From assembly GCA_965153285.1 (NCBI GenBank), contig OZ229117.1: DNA of 64,000 bases. One strand, 5' to 3'. This document shows, piece by piece, positions 37,101 to 55,065 of this stretch. Position numbers and translations under genes: made by a program. Source of the DNA: Podarcis tiliguerta (taxonomy: Eukaryota). Under the pieces are notes generated by a model. The model did not search any database. It was not told where the DNA came from and saw only the letters and a list, made by a program, of their open reading frames with translations. Position 1 is the stretch's first letter; the number at the start of each line of letters is the position of its first letter.

Positions 37101-38777
37101 CTTTTGTTCCTGATGCTTTCAGAACAGAGGAAAGAGGAGTCATATAGCTCAGGCCTGCATAAGCATTGTCTCAGAACACTTTGAAAAGCCAGGCTTTGGC
37201 GCTGCAAGCTGTTGAAGGAGGAAGATCCCAGGGAACTCTTTGGGCTCTTGGCTTCTCTGTTGTTCTTTTAGAAGGCTCTCAGAGCTGATTCCCAGGTCTC
37301 AAGCTCCCTCTAGAGTTTGTAAGAGAACAGCACCCGTTCTGCACAGGAATGCTTCATTGCTAACACTCTGCTGGCTGTGGCATGAGGAGTCTTCCATGAG
37401 CCAGGTTGATGTGAATCGCAGTCCAAAACTTTTGGAGGGCACCCGGTTGGCGATAGTTGGCCGACATTATCTGATTTTGTGTCAGTGAGGCAAGTGGAAC
37501 TTCAGAGGTAACTGCTTTTAGGAGCACATGGCTGACCTAGCTGCAATATTTGCTGCCAGACACAACTTGCGCAGGCATTGGTTGGCGTGCAGCAAATGGT
37601 CTGTGACCCTCATCACTTGAAGTGCCACTTAGCAGTTTTGACATGCATCATTTCTGGCCTTCATTTTTGCGAAGTATGTAACAGACAGGGGAACATTTGT
37701 GGCCTTCTGATTCCCAGCAGCCAGCCTGGTCAGGGATGAAGAGAGTTGCTGTAGTCCAGCAACAATTGAAGGAGCCTCAGATCCCCACCCCTGGGCTAGT
37801 AAGAAGGTCCACACTATATTTGGGGTGGTTTAGTATGTATGTAATGTACAGTGGTACCTCGGGTTACATACGCTTCAGGTTACACACTCCGCTAACCCAG
37901 AAATAGTGCTTCAGGTTAAGAACTTTGCTTCAGGATAAGAACAGAAATCGGGCACGGCGGCAGCAGGAGGCCCCATTAGCTAAAGTGGTGCTTCAGGTTA
38001 AGACCAGTTTCAGGTTGAGAATGGACCCCCGGAACGAATTAAGTACTTAACCTGAGGTACCACTGTATTTGTTTGTTAGCATTTATCAACAGCTTAATAT
38101 TTAAAACAAACAAACAGCATCATTAAAACAAAAATGCACCCTAAAACCAATAGAACAACCTTGTAAGAGCAACAAACAAAAATTTATGGGATCTATCATG
38201 AATGGGAATTGGTGAGCTTGATGGCAAAAGAATTTTATTATTTATTCAATTTGGTTTATTAGTCTCTTGACATATTAAGAAGTCTCCAAGTGACTTCCCA
38301 AACCTAAAAGCATATAGAATGGGATAAAATCAGAACCTGGGTGACCCAGACCAAGACAAGCAAGCTGTCTTCTGCCACCATCTAGCTGAACATATTGCTG
38401 GCTGTGATGGAAGGACATAAGGGGGAAACTCTGCTCCGCTCTGTGTGTGTGTGTACTGAGGAAGCAACTTGACCTGGAAGGATGTGTGCCACCCTGTGTC
38501 CAATGACAATTTGCGTTTTCATGTTCTAGGGTGTGTCCTGAATGCCCAGGAGGTCCGCCTCATCATCCACTATGAAAACGGCTTCATTATTTCCAAGGAA
38601 GAGGCAGGCTCTGCCAGTATCCTTTTCCGATACCCTTTCGAGAGGCTAAGAATGTCTGCGGATGATGGCATCAGGAACCTCTACTTGGATTTTGGGGGAC
38701 CGGAAGGGGAACTGGTGAGTAGAGGGCCTGGGCCACAGCTGGTGTAAGGGCAAATGATTTAAATGGGCTGCATCTAT

Positions 38778-38825
<48 letters not shown>

Positions 38826-39342
38826 AATAATAATAATTTATTATTTGTACCCCGCCCATCTGGCTGGGTTTCCCCAGCCACTCTGGGTGGCTTCCATAGA
38901 AACCAAAAATACACTATGTACTTAAAGGTTCCTATTAAAACCTGTTTTATCTGCTCTTGTATATGCAGCAATTTTAAGTAATTTTTAAATCATATAATAA
39001 ATTACTGGCGGGGGTGGCTTCATGGGAAATGATTAATAGATGAAAGAGTAACATTTCATTAATATTAATTAGTAACTAATACTAATTACTATTTTCTATT
39101 AAGTTTTCTATTAATATTAATAGTAATTAATATCAATTGAAAAATAATAAATTAATAGAAAAAAAATAAAAACTTGCAATTAAAAACATGTGCAAAAAAT
39201 TAGCTCATGTGCAAAGTAGTGACCTCATTGTGTGCTTCTTCTCCCCCAGACTCTGGAGCTGCACTCCTGCCCCAAACCCATTGTGTTTGTGTTGCACACG
39301 TTCTTGTCAGCCAAAGTGACTCGCCTGGGGCTGCTCGTGTAG
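10390..39342 (+). CDS. SNTB2: Beta-2-syntrophin, 554 aa; join(10390..11011,26908..27121,32871..33081,35258..35400,36240..36436,38530..38714,39250..39342)
   Basis: Starts [21 protein letters not shown]; PDZ with [23 protein letters not shown]; split PH1, PH2, SU domain ending [23 protein letters not shown]. Exon lengths 622+214+211+143+197+185+93 = 1665 nt, in frame. Confidence 0.97.
14403..14539. mobile_element. Intact palindromic hAT MITE (137 bp) with 8-bp TSD AGCTATAG
   Basis: CAGGCATAGGCAAACT..AGTTTGCCTTTGCCTG; almost the whole element is an inverted repeat; TSD at 14395-14402 and 14540-14547. Confidence 0.9.
15436..15570. mobile_element. Hairpin hAT-type MITE copy
   Basis: ccaacctggcgccctccag..ggactacaa ... 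gggagttgtagtc..ggcaccaggtttggggaggct. Confidence 0.7.
15607..15729 (+). mobile_element. 5'-truncated retroposon (L1-like 3' end) with 17-bp TSD
   Basis: AATTACCTCCAGGGCTC repeated at 15590-15606 and 15730-15746; internal AATAAA 15695-15700 followed by an A6-G11 tail. Confidence 0.7.
15797..16107. mobile_element. Non-autonomous hAT element with 8-bp TSD TTCTAAGC
   Basis: TIRs CAGGGGTAGGCAACCT / AGGTTGCTGACCCCTG; TSD at 15789-15796 and 16108-16115; internal tandem duplication of about 70 bp. Confidence 0.9.
17112..17185. repeat. Perfect 36-bp tandem duplication (period 38)
   Basis: TGTGGCTCTCTCCAGCCTTGCCCTGGCTGCTAAGCT occurs twice. Confidence 0.9.
20180..20875 (-). mobile_element. L1/Tx1-clade LINE 3' fragment (ORF2 Cys-rich C-terminus + 3'UTR)
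   Basis: [33 protein letters not shown] is the ORF2 zinc-knuckle region; A-rich tail at the low-coordinate end. Confidence 0.85.
22482..22623. mobile_element. Hairpin hAT-type MITE copy
   Basis: ggactacaactcccatcagcccc ... gggcctgatgggagttgtcatcc arms with TIR-like ends. Confidence 0.75.
23125..23205. mobile_element. Internally deleted hairpin hAT MITE
   Basis: cagtctttgccaacct ... gcttggcaaaggctg; both flanks read nnCTAGAn. Confidence 0.6.
23512..23753. mobile_element. Tc1/mariner-type (Tigger-like) MITE
   Basis: ta|CAGTGGTACCTCGTGTTA ... TGACACGAGGTACCACTA; same terminal repeats as 37849..38065. Confidence 0.85.
24617..24765 (+). mobile_element. tRNA-Lys(CTT)-derived SINE with CR1-type tail (diverged)
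   Basis: tgagactcttaatttcagg anticodon arm, then ttcctgcattgcagggagttggac..gtcccttccaactctac tail. Confidence 0.7.
24876..25003. mobile_element. Hairpin hAT-type MITE copy
   Basis: cagcttttcccaacctggt..gctgatgggagttgtagtcc..gggcaccaagttggga. Confidence 0.7.
26017..26089 (+). pseudogene. Degenerate tRNA-Ile(AAT) copy / SINE head
   Basis: gttagttcagttggttagaacatgctgctAATaatgccaaggttgcaggattgatcgcatacgggcca follows vertebrate tRNA-Ile(AAT), but with CpG decay and a broken T-loop/B-box. Confidence 0.75.
26112..26372 (+). mobile_element. MIR-like squamate SINE interrupted by half of a hairpin hAT MITE (26233..26311)
   Basis: ggagaccagggctcagg..gggtgacactgggcca..cctcatagggctgttgt, then CAGGCATAGGCAAACT..ACTACAATTCCCATCATCCC. 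Confidence 0.6.
26908..27121 (+). CDS. SNTB2: SNTB2 exon 2
   Basis: ctcctag| [32 protein letters not shown]|gtgag. Confidence 0.95.
28112..28187. repeat. Compound microsatellite (TC)n(AC)n
   Basis: Seen directly. Confidence 0.95.
32592..32765 (+). mobile_element. tRNA-derived squamate SINE (Squam3-like)
   Basis: agctggagatcagtggcagagc..gcagattcaatccctggcatctccagg..gtactgagatagatggacca. Confidence 0.7.
32871..33081 (+). CDS. SNTB2: SNTB2 exon 3
   Basis: gcgcag| [27 protein letters not shown]|gtggg. Confidence 0.95.
33731..33888. mobile_element. Hairpin hAT-type MITE copy
   Basis: ctcccatcagcccc ... ggggctgatgggag arms, cagccttt / aaagctg ends. Confidence 0.65.
34712..34895 (+). mobile_element. 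tRNA-derived squamate SINE (Squam3-like)
   Basis: gtcccaggttcaatccctg..agagactccctgcctgaaac..gtactgagctagatggacc. Confidence 0.7.
35258..35400 (+). CDS. SNTB2: SNTB2 exon 4
   Basis: cccatag| [37 protein letters not shown]|gtaag. Confidence 0.95.
36240..36436 (+). CDS. SNTB2: SNTB2 exon 5
   Basis: ctgcag| [40 protein letters not shown]|gtaag. Confidence 0.95.
37849..38065. mobile_element. Tc1/mariner-type (Tigger-like) MITE with TA TSD
   Basis: ta|CAGTGGTACCTCGGGTTA ... TAACCTGAGGTACCACTG|ta; internal TTCAGGTTA repeats. Confidence 0.9.
38530..38714 (+). CDS. SNTB2: SNTB2 exon 6
   Basis: ttctag| [38 protein letters not shown]|gtgag. Confidence 0.95.
38778..38840. repeat. (AAC)n(AAT)n microsatellite at the tail of a minus-strand LINE remnant
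   Basis: Seen directly; followed by tttatttgtaccccgcccatctggctggg. Confidence 0.9.
39250..39342 (+). CDS. SNTB2: SNTB2 exon 7 (coding part)
   Basis: ccccag| [33 protein letters not shown]. Confidence 0.95.
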   Translation, partial: TLELHSCPKPIVFVLHTFLSAKVTRLGLLV

Positions 39343-40856
39343 GAGGAGCCAAGGGGCCTTGGTGACATGGCAGTGTCAGCGAACCACAGCAGTAGCAGCA
39401 CCGAGTCCTGCCTCTGCGATGTTCTCCAGCATCAGTGCCTTGACCAAGACTTGTGATTGGCAGCTGCATTATACACACAAGGCCATTGGATGAGCTTCGG
39501 CTGGATGCTGCGGCTCTTGCATGAACTGCCTTCCTAGGAGAGAAGCAGCTGAAGGATGGAAAGGCGGCCAAAGGAGTGAGATGGGGAGGGGGGGAATAAG
39601 GCAGCCAGGGAGGCTGCATGTCAATCCCCCTTGCCTGCCTCAAGTTCGGCATTGCTCCGAAAACCCCACCGTCGTCTTGGCATCTTGCCATTCAGGATCA
39701 TGCCCCATACGAAAGGCAGGTGAGAGGAGAGGCTGTCCTGCCAGGCCAATAGAGCAGCTCCTGACCTGGGGCATTACAAAGCCATTTCTCCCATATCCCT
39801 TATACCACTTGTGCCTTTTGGTGGAGGAAGGAAAGAGGAGAGCGGTCATGGCAGCAGTGGCAAGCTGGACCCTGGGCCGTTTGCCTGGTTGGGCCGGAAA
39901 TGCTGTCTTGTTGGGCAACCCCGCCTTGTAGCTTGGGGGGAGCTTGTATCCTCTGCAGGGGCCTCAAGAGACGGGCTGAAAATGGGAGCTCCCCTGGTCC
40001 TTTTGTTCTGGCAGTTGGGATGCTGCAGGGCTCGGCTCAGATTGAAGAACTGAAGCATATGCACTTCAGAGCCACAAGACTCTGAAGGCCTGGAGCAGTA
40101 AAAGAGGCCGGCTTTACTTAGTTCTAGGTTCCCTGCTCAGGCCAAACAGCGACATTTTTGAGCTGGGCTGAGAGCACTGTGTTCCTCTGGGCGGGTGGGG
40201 TGGGGTTTGGGTGCTGTGAAACCTGGAATCCCCTTGCCCCCCCCCCCCAGGGCTGTGGTGCAGATCAAGACAGTGGTAATGGGAAAGAGCTAACCTCAAC
40301 AGGAGAAGGAGCAGCAGCAGTTTATAAGCCAAAGCTGATCAAAGAAGTCTGTGGTGAGGGTGATCCCTCCCCCCTTTCTCCCTTACGAAACGAGTGTCCG
40401 TTTCTCCTCAATCCTCTCCACCTTACTACTACTTCTCGGGGAAGAAGGAATTCATGACAGTGTGAAACAGAACATAATAGCCTTATGAAAGGAAGCACTA
40501 TTCAGCCCCATTTGTGGTTTTTGCAAAACTCTACCATGTGATGGTCACACACACCCTGATCTTTGCTGCCATAAAGGCCAGGAACTTTATTTTGCAATTG
40601 ATGGAACCATGGAACATGCAGCTCTTCCCAGCAAACCCAGCGGGGCGCCCCTCATACCACAAGCCCATTGCAGGGGTGGGGAGAAGCATTGGGGTCAAGG
40701 ATAGAGGTTGGTGAGGTAGAGGGCACAGTAGAGCCACATGCATCCTTAACAGAGTGGAGCTTAGCCTCAAGTATTGCAGTGATTGCCTAGGAGAGCAGAA
40801 TGGTGGTCCATTTGCCCTGTTTGCTAACATAGAAGCCTTTCATCAAAGCCCTAGAC

Positions 40857-40982
40857 CAGCGGTTCCCAATTCTCATAACTAAAACTGCCATAGAGATATC
40901 AAAATTTCCAAAAGTAGGGGGTCCATGGCTTGGTTTTTGAAAAACAAGGAGTCTGCAGTACTTAGCTAATTGGGAACCACTC
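40857..40982. mobile_element. hAT MITE in SNTB2 3'UTR (copy 1)
   Basis: CAGCGGTTCCCAAT / ATTGGGAACCACTC; flanks ccctagac and ccctaggt. Confidence 0.75.
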
Positions 40983-41677
40983 CCCTAGGTGGTGGAGCGG
41001 GACAGGAAAGAGAGAGGGGAAAACCATTTTCCCTGTTCATAATACAGGCCCCTGAAAATGCTTGAGCCTGAGGCTTTAGGAGACAAGTAAAAGAGAGATA
41101 GGGAGTGTGTGTTCTTATGCTCCAAAAAAAAGCTCATTTAGCCATGGGGCAATGCCTAAAAGACGCAAATCATGCTTGGCTTAGCAGCTGGCCACGGACC
41201 AAATTTTGCAAGAAGGGGGCCAGGTCTTCTGTGAGTTGCAGTTCCTCTGAGGTGGTAGCATCCTCAGGTTTGAGAGGGACTGACTGGGAGGAGTATCTGA
41301 TAAAAGGTTGTGTGTGTGGTGGCTCTTGTATAAAGAGTGCTTATTCCCAGCAAGGTGGCTTCAGCCTGCAAAAGTCCTAACTGAATATGTAGAGTTGCAG
41401 ACTTGGTGTTTTGGCGGAATTCTGAAGGATGTGCTGTGGAAGAAAGGAAAGGGAAGTGTGGTCGAGTGTTGCGGGAGGTGGGCCTTGGAGACATTGGAAG
41501 GGGCTACAGATGAGGACTTCAGTCCCTCCCTAAATCCTCTTAGGCCTGTGCACTTTTATTCTGATGATGTCTCAAGGCTAGTCACAGCTTAACGGAGCTT
41601 TCTAATTAAGCAGACATCTGTTCTATTGCCCACTTATGGTCCCACAGAACAGTAGAAAAGAGCGTATTTGTTTAGAG

Positions 41678-41838
41678 CTGTGGTTCCCAATTGGTGGTAA
41701 CCCACCCAAGGAGTCCGTGGCACCATTCACATAACGTAAGCTGCCGTAGAGCTAACAAAAAAATCACAATTAGAGGGGCCATGGCTTGGCTTTTGAAAAA
41801 CAGGGAGTCCACAGTACTTAGCTAACTGGGAACCACTG
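41678..41838. mobile_element. hAT MITE in SNTB2 3'UTR (copy 2) with 8-bp TSD GTTTAGAG
   Basis: CTGTGGTTCCCAAT / ACTGGGAACCACTG; TSD at 41670-41677 and 41839-41846; homologous to 40857..40982. Confidence 0.85.
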
Positions 41839-43745
41839 GTTTAGAGTGTGCATGTGTGCTGGAATTTAGTTGCAAGCAGGGTTTGGGTCACTTTCAAGGT
41901 TCCTCTCTTGTGTAATTATGGGCAGCAAATCAGTTGGAGCGCAATTATTGCCTGTGCTTGTGAAAAATTAAAAGTATGTATCCCAACATTAGCAAGGGCT
42001 GTCTGACAATTGTTCCAGTTGGCTGGAGTGGGGAAGCAGATTTCACAGAGCTCACCTTTGGTGCCAGCCTATGGGCAATGCAACAATGTGGGGAGATGAC
42101 AACCGTAGTTCTTGCATAGGTGTGAGAATAGCAGTTGGGTTGTGGTAGAAGCATTCATTTCTGTATGTTTGAAATTCACTCAAACAAGCATATTAGGCCT
42201 CTCTCATTATTTAATAGTTTAGCTGCTCAATTTTAAGAGGAATTGTTTCCGGCTTACATAGAAACTATTGAATGCAATGAAAACCAACTTTTTATTTGTC
42301 CCAGACAAGTTACCTCCATTGGAGAGTTTGTCTCACCACCTCACAAATACTGACTTCACTTCCATTCATGGCATTATCACAAGACAATTTCCTGCACATT
42401 CACATATGCATTAGGCAAACCAAAGCTGTGCTTGGGGTTAGTGGCACGCTCTGAGCAGAAATGGCTTCTTAATCTCTTGTACTCTGACCTTTGGAATGCA
42501 CTTGGGTATCCCAGTTTTCATTCAGTGTGATTCTGGTGGTTGCCAACACTTGTGTTTTGCACCAAAAGCTGCACCGTGACTTGTGGGATGCAGGACAGCA
42601 CCAGATGCTGCTATGTGTGTCTGGGGTTTCCAAACACACACAGTCATAAACATAAGATACTCTGGCTGGCCTTAACAGAACTTTTTAAAATGGTGCTTTG
42701 GTATCACAGTGAAAGGTGACCTTACAAAAAAAAACCAAGATGGGCTTTTAAAAACAAAATTATTAAAAGCCCAGGTAGTCCTGCAGTTCCTACTCTGAAC
42801 ACTTCCTTTTTAATAGCACTTTCCCTCAAAGTTGTATAGCACTCTGGGTTTTTTTCCCATACCAGGCATAGTTCCCATAGCTGGGGTGGGGGCCATGCTA
42901 ACCACTTCTGTGATCTGGACACTGAGCAGTGGCGATAAAACGACAGGTGTTTGGTCTGTACAACCTTTGCATTCATTGCCTGGACCTCATTTGCTCCTGA
43001 CCCTTCAGCATTGGGGCATGGAGCACACAATCAAATTCCCTGTGGAGTTGCACTTTGCCATCCCAGTGACAAGATTGTGTTTGTGTAAAAGGATGTGGTT
43101 CCTGATTCTTGCAAAAGTATTAATTTTTTTATGGCAATTTTATTCCCCCATCAGCAACCCCCCCCCCATTGTCTGATTTCCTTTGTTCTGCAGCTGGGGT
43201 TTTCCTGTTTTGGGGTTTCCCCTTCTGCTATAGACATCAGTCAGGAGTTTACAGTTTGGGCAAATGCAACTTTAAGGCCCCAAGTGCCAAAGATGAGACT
43301 TCTTGAAAGATCTCTTCAAGAAATCTGCACAGAAACCACTACAAATAAATGTTTGTGTTTATCCCGTGTAAGGTCTGTTTGTGCTTGTGTTTGTGTGCAC
43401 ACTGTTTGAAAGAATCTAACCTTGGGTATTGAGGCACAGCCAGTAACACTGCCACAATCAATCCAAAATGTACGTTATTTTTGTATTCTTTGTAAATGGT
43501 ATTTATACAAGAACAAATTCTTTTTTTCTGAGTTTTTAATTTCAAATGGGAGTCTCCAGGTTACCAAATTCAGATAAAACAAGTAGTGGCATGGGCAGTT
43601 TATGGTCTTCACAAGCAAAGGAATGTGCTCTCTCTAGAGAATACATGGACACCCTCCAGCCCTTGAGTTACATGCTAACTGTATAGTATTGTACATTACA
43701 ATGGAAATGTGACTTAAGGGCGACTGTAACCTTTATGTTGTATAT

Positions 43746-43751
43746 AATAAA
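43746..43751 (+). terminator. Probable SNTB2 polyadenylation signal (3'UTR about 4.4 kb)
   Basis: AATAAA preceded by many TGTA elements and followed by a U/GU-rich tract; TE-dense DNA starts soon after. Confidence 0.7.
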
Positions 43752-43997
43752 GGTGTTTATGCTTTTAGTTTTAATTCATTGGCTTGTGTCTTTGTGGGAA
43801 AACACAGACTTCAAAAATATATGTTAGTGAGTTGGATTCCAGAGTAACTAAAAAGGAAATGACCTAATGGTTAAGGTCACAGACACAGATAAGGTGGCAA
43901 GTCCTGAAAAGGGGGGGGGGCATCCTCCTTCCTTCCCGCCTGCTTTAACTCTACAGAATCTCCTCTTTCAATACTTCCTTCCAGGGCAATGCAAGTT

Positions 43998-44485
43998 TTA
44001 AGAACATCAGAAAAGCCCTGCTGGCTAAGACCAAAAGCCCTATCTAGCCCAGCATCTGTACTCACAGTGGCCAACCACATGCCTTAGTGGGAAGCCTGCA
44101 AGCAAGACCTGAATGCAACAGTGCTCTCCCTGCTTGGGATTCCCAGCAAATGGCATGCTGCCTCCCGACAGTGGAGGTGGAATGCAGCCATCATAACTTA
44201 GCAGCCTTTGATAGCCTTTTCTATGAATTTGTTTAATCCCTTTTAAAGCCATCCAAGTTGGGGGTCACACTATCTTGTGAAATCATATTCCATAGCTGAA
44301 CTGTGTGGTGTGTGAATAGGTTATTTTTGTCAGTCCTGAATCTTATCACATTTGGTTTCATTGAATTGACACCATTGGATTCTACAAGAGAAAACAACAC
44401 GCACTCCACTTGGTTTCCGTATTCCCCCTAAACTAAAAAACCCAAATGCATTGCGACCTTTCCTCTTAGGGGAACTGCTCTAGAT
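43998..44485 (-). mobile_element. CR1 LINE 3' fragment
   Basis: taagaacatcagaaaagccctgctgg..catctgtactcacagtggccaacc..tttaaagccatccaagttgg, the common squamate CR1 3' region. Confidence 0.7.
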
Positions 44486-44594
44486 ATTCTGATAATCCTG
44501 GACCAGATACCTCTGACACCAGAAACTTTGTTGGAGTATTCAGCTGACTGGAACATATTCTTTTATTTTTAAATTAAAATTAAATTTGTGTAAC

Positions 44595-45470
44595 CATACT
44601 TCATCCATGGATCTCAGGGCAGTTCACAACGTAAATGCAAGATAACAACACAAAATACATAATAAAAACGGGAAAAAAACCACAAACCAATAAACCTCCC
44701 TCCCCCATTTTAGAAACTGGTACAAAGGCCTGGTCAAACAGGAACCAGTGCCTAAAGGTATAACTCACCCAGTGCCTAAAGGTATATAATGAAGGCACCA
44801 GCCAAACCTCCCAGGGGGGAGAGCATTCCACAAACGGGGAGACACTGCAGAAAATGCCTGCTCATGTCCATCTGGACCTCTCATCGAGAAGGCACGCAAA
44901 GAAGGGCCTCAGGAGATGTCAGCATCTAGGTAGGTTCATATGGGAAGAGGCGGTCCTTGAGGTATTATGGTCCTGAGACATTTAAGGCTTTATAGGGCAA
45001 AACCAGCACATTGCATTAGGCCAGGAAGCTAATTGGCAGCCAGTGCAGCCGAACTAGGGTCAGTGTAATATGCTCAAACCATTTGCCTTAGTGAGCAACC
45101 TCACTGCCAAGTTCTACAGCAGTTGAAGTTTCTGAACCATCTTCAGAGGCAGCCCTACATATAACATATTGCAGTAATCTAACCTAAAGGTTACCAGAGC
45201 ATATACAACAGTAGTTAAGCTATCCCTGTCTAGCTGAAACTGATGGAAAGCACTCCATGCCACTGAGGCCACCTGAGCTTCACCTGACAGCAAAAGTACC
45301 CTCAAGCTACATACCTGCTCCTTCAGATGAAGTGTAACCCCATCAAGAGCAGGCAACCTCCCAGCCATCCAATCTAGGGGACTATCCACTAAAAGTGCCT
45401 CAGTCTTATGTGGAATTGCGCTTCAGTTAATTGGTTCTCATCCAGTCCATTACTGAGGCAAGGCAACGGT
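44595..45470 (-). mobile_element. L2 LINE fragment (RT C-terminal region + 3' tail)
   Basis: ORF 45114..45389 contains LTTVVYALVTFRLDYCNMLYVGLPLKMVQKLQL, the L2 signature; the tail reads gtgaactgccctgagatc. Confidence 0.85.
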
Positions 45471-46584
45471 CCAGTGCGTTCACTACCATCTTCTAATAAG
45501 GTGCTGACTTGTGTCATATTAGGCTCCTTGTTTTCAAACACCAACTAAATCTGTGCACTTGTAATTCAGAAGCAAGTGTTTCCGAGTTTCATGGTGTTTC
45601 CACCTGGTAGCTCAAGCCCTGAATGCAACAAGACCACAAAGCCACAGTTTCCCTCAGTTTGGCACTAAAGGAAATAAAGGTCTGTTAATTCTTCCGCTTT
45701 TTCAAAGTACATTAAACCCAATGAGGCAACCACCCCCAAAATAAACTATTTGTGCCCCAAACACAAAGTATCAGCATAACCATGTTCACATATCTCAAGA
45801 GTTAAAAATAAACTGGCAAGTTTAAAATGTTGAGCCAAAACACAGGAACTTGGTTTGGAATGGGATTTATAGTAACTTGAAAGTGGTTGTGAAATGGCAA
45901 CTTGTGCTACTGATGTTGTTCAAGTATTTCAGCAGGAGAAAAGTGGCTCTCAAATTAACATCCATCTACTGCTAGGCATTTGCCTGTAGGGAAAAGCAAA
46001 AGAAAGATTTGCAAAGCTCAATTACCAAACAGAATCATAGAGTTGGAAGAGACCACAAGGGCCATCGAGTCCAACCCCCTGCCAAGATGCCTTTAGGGGA
46101 AGCCTACAAACAGCACATGAGCACTTTCTGCACATGCAATTCCCAGCAACTGGTTTTTAAAAATATACTGCATAAAAATAATCCTCAAAGTAATACAACA
46201 CAGAAAAATAAAGATATAAAACCCAAATACAGAAATTTAATACATTCATCTGATGGAATGGTCTCTAGTCCACAAAAACTTCTGTATACACACACACCTT
46301 CACAACTTTGATGAAGTCAAGAAATGTTCCAAATTTAAAAGGTTTTACAGTGCTACAAACGTGATTGATTTTGGCAGGAACCATCCCTGCCTTCCTTCAG
46401 ACATCTTCAGAAAATTACATTGTTTAGGCAGGACTTGTATGAATTTATTTTTTCAACCCACCTACTGTTGTTTTTAGTTATGTTTCTTTTAATATTTATT
46501 GCTTGTTTTACTCTTATGTGTTGTATATTGCCTTGATACGTTTTTATGAAAGTGTGGATTATAAATACCGTGGGTAAATAAACA

Positions 46585-47190
46585 CAAGAAAAGCCTGCTG
46601 GATCAGGCCTATGGCTCCATTCCAGCATCTTCTCACAGGAGCCACCCAGATCTCCCCTCCTGTGGACCAGTTCTCCTCTCCTGTGGTTTCCAGCAACTGG
46701 TATTCAGAAGCATCGCTGTGGCTAATAGCCATCAATAAACTTCTCCTTCATCCATTTGTCTATTCCTATTTTAAAGCCATCCATGTTGGTTCCCATCACT
46801 GGCTCCTTAGGGAGTGAGTTCTGTAACTATGCTGCATGAAAAAGTACTTGGGAGTCAACAGAATGGGAAAGGGACCACAAGAGTCATCTAGTCCAAATCC
46901 CTGCAGTGCAGGAACCTTGTACCCAACATGGGGCTGGAACCCACCACCCTGAGATTAAGAGTCTCATGCTTTATCGACCGAGCTACCCCTTTAGTCTTCC
47001 TTTTTCCCGCCCTGAATCTTCCACTATTCAGCTTCATTGGTTGTCCACGGGCTCGTCTATCTAGTGTTATAAAAGAGGGAGAATTTTCTCTCGCTACTTT
47101 CTTCATGAATTGTAGAAATTTGTAAACTTCGACCACATTTTACTGGCCTTTTCTCTAAACTACCCCCCCCCCCAATATGTGTTATTGTTT
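46585..47190 (-). mobile_element. CR1 fragment interrupted by a tRNA-Lys SINE
   Basis: CR1 RT C-terminus YKFLQFMKKVARE..RARGQPMKLNSGRFR in ORF 46888..47136; the CR1 3' region resumes below 46850. Confidence 0.7.
46859..46990 (-). mobile_element. tRNA-Lys(CTT)-derived SINE with CR1-type tail (lacertid POM-SINE-like)
   Basis: Minus strand TAGCTCGGTCGATAAAGCATGAGACTCTTAATCTCAGGGTGGTGGGTTCCAGCCCCATGTTGGG closely follows tRNA-Lys(CTT), then ttcctgcactgcagggatttggactagatgac tail. Confidence 0.8.
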
Positions 47191-47640
47191 CCTGCTACTC
47201 TAAGCAAAAGGTCAGAAAAGGAGATTCCCCGCAAATTTGATAATGCAGCCATAACTCAGCCATTATTCAGCCCCTGAGGAGGGGGCAGCAAAGACAACTG
47301 GGAAGCTGAAGAGAAGAAGGGAGAGCCCGGCCCGGCCTCCTGAGAAAGGGGCTCGTGGGAGGCGGACAAGGGCGGACCACCTCCGGGCTCTTCCTCACTC
47401 CCGCCCCTGAATGGCGTCGCGGTTCCTCGGGCCTCCCTTTCCCGTCCTCTCCGCCTCCGCCTCGCCTGCTGCTGTTCCCGGTGCGGCCTGCAGGCGGCAG
47501 CCCAGAAACCGGCCCGACTCTCCTCAGCGGGGCTCCCGGTGGCCGCCTCGTACGAGCCCGGAGGAGGGAACCAAAGCCCAGCAGCCTCGGCAGCCGCAGC
47601 AGCAACAGCCGCCGCCCCAGCCCCAGCGGGAGGAGATGCG

Positions 47641-55065
<7,425 letters not shown>

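Noticed and set aside
38763-38981. Poly-Asn, poly-Leu and poly-Cys ORFs
   Set aside because: Translations of the (AAC)n(AAT)n microsatellite.
46248-46282. Penelope-type minimal hammerhead ribozyme (ctgatgg..tggtctctagtccac aaaa)
   Set aside because: The catalytic core is broken (CUGAUGG, no GAAA after stem II); at most a dead relic.
46920-46990. Functional tRNA-Lys(CTT) gene
   Set aside because: Mutated D and T arms and acceptor stem, with a CR1-type tail attached, so it is a SINE.
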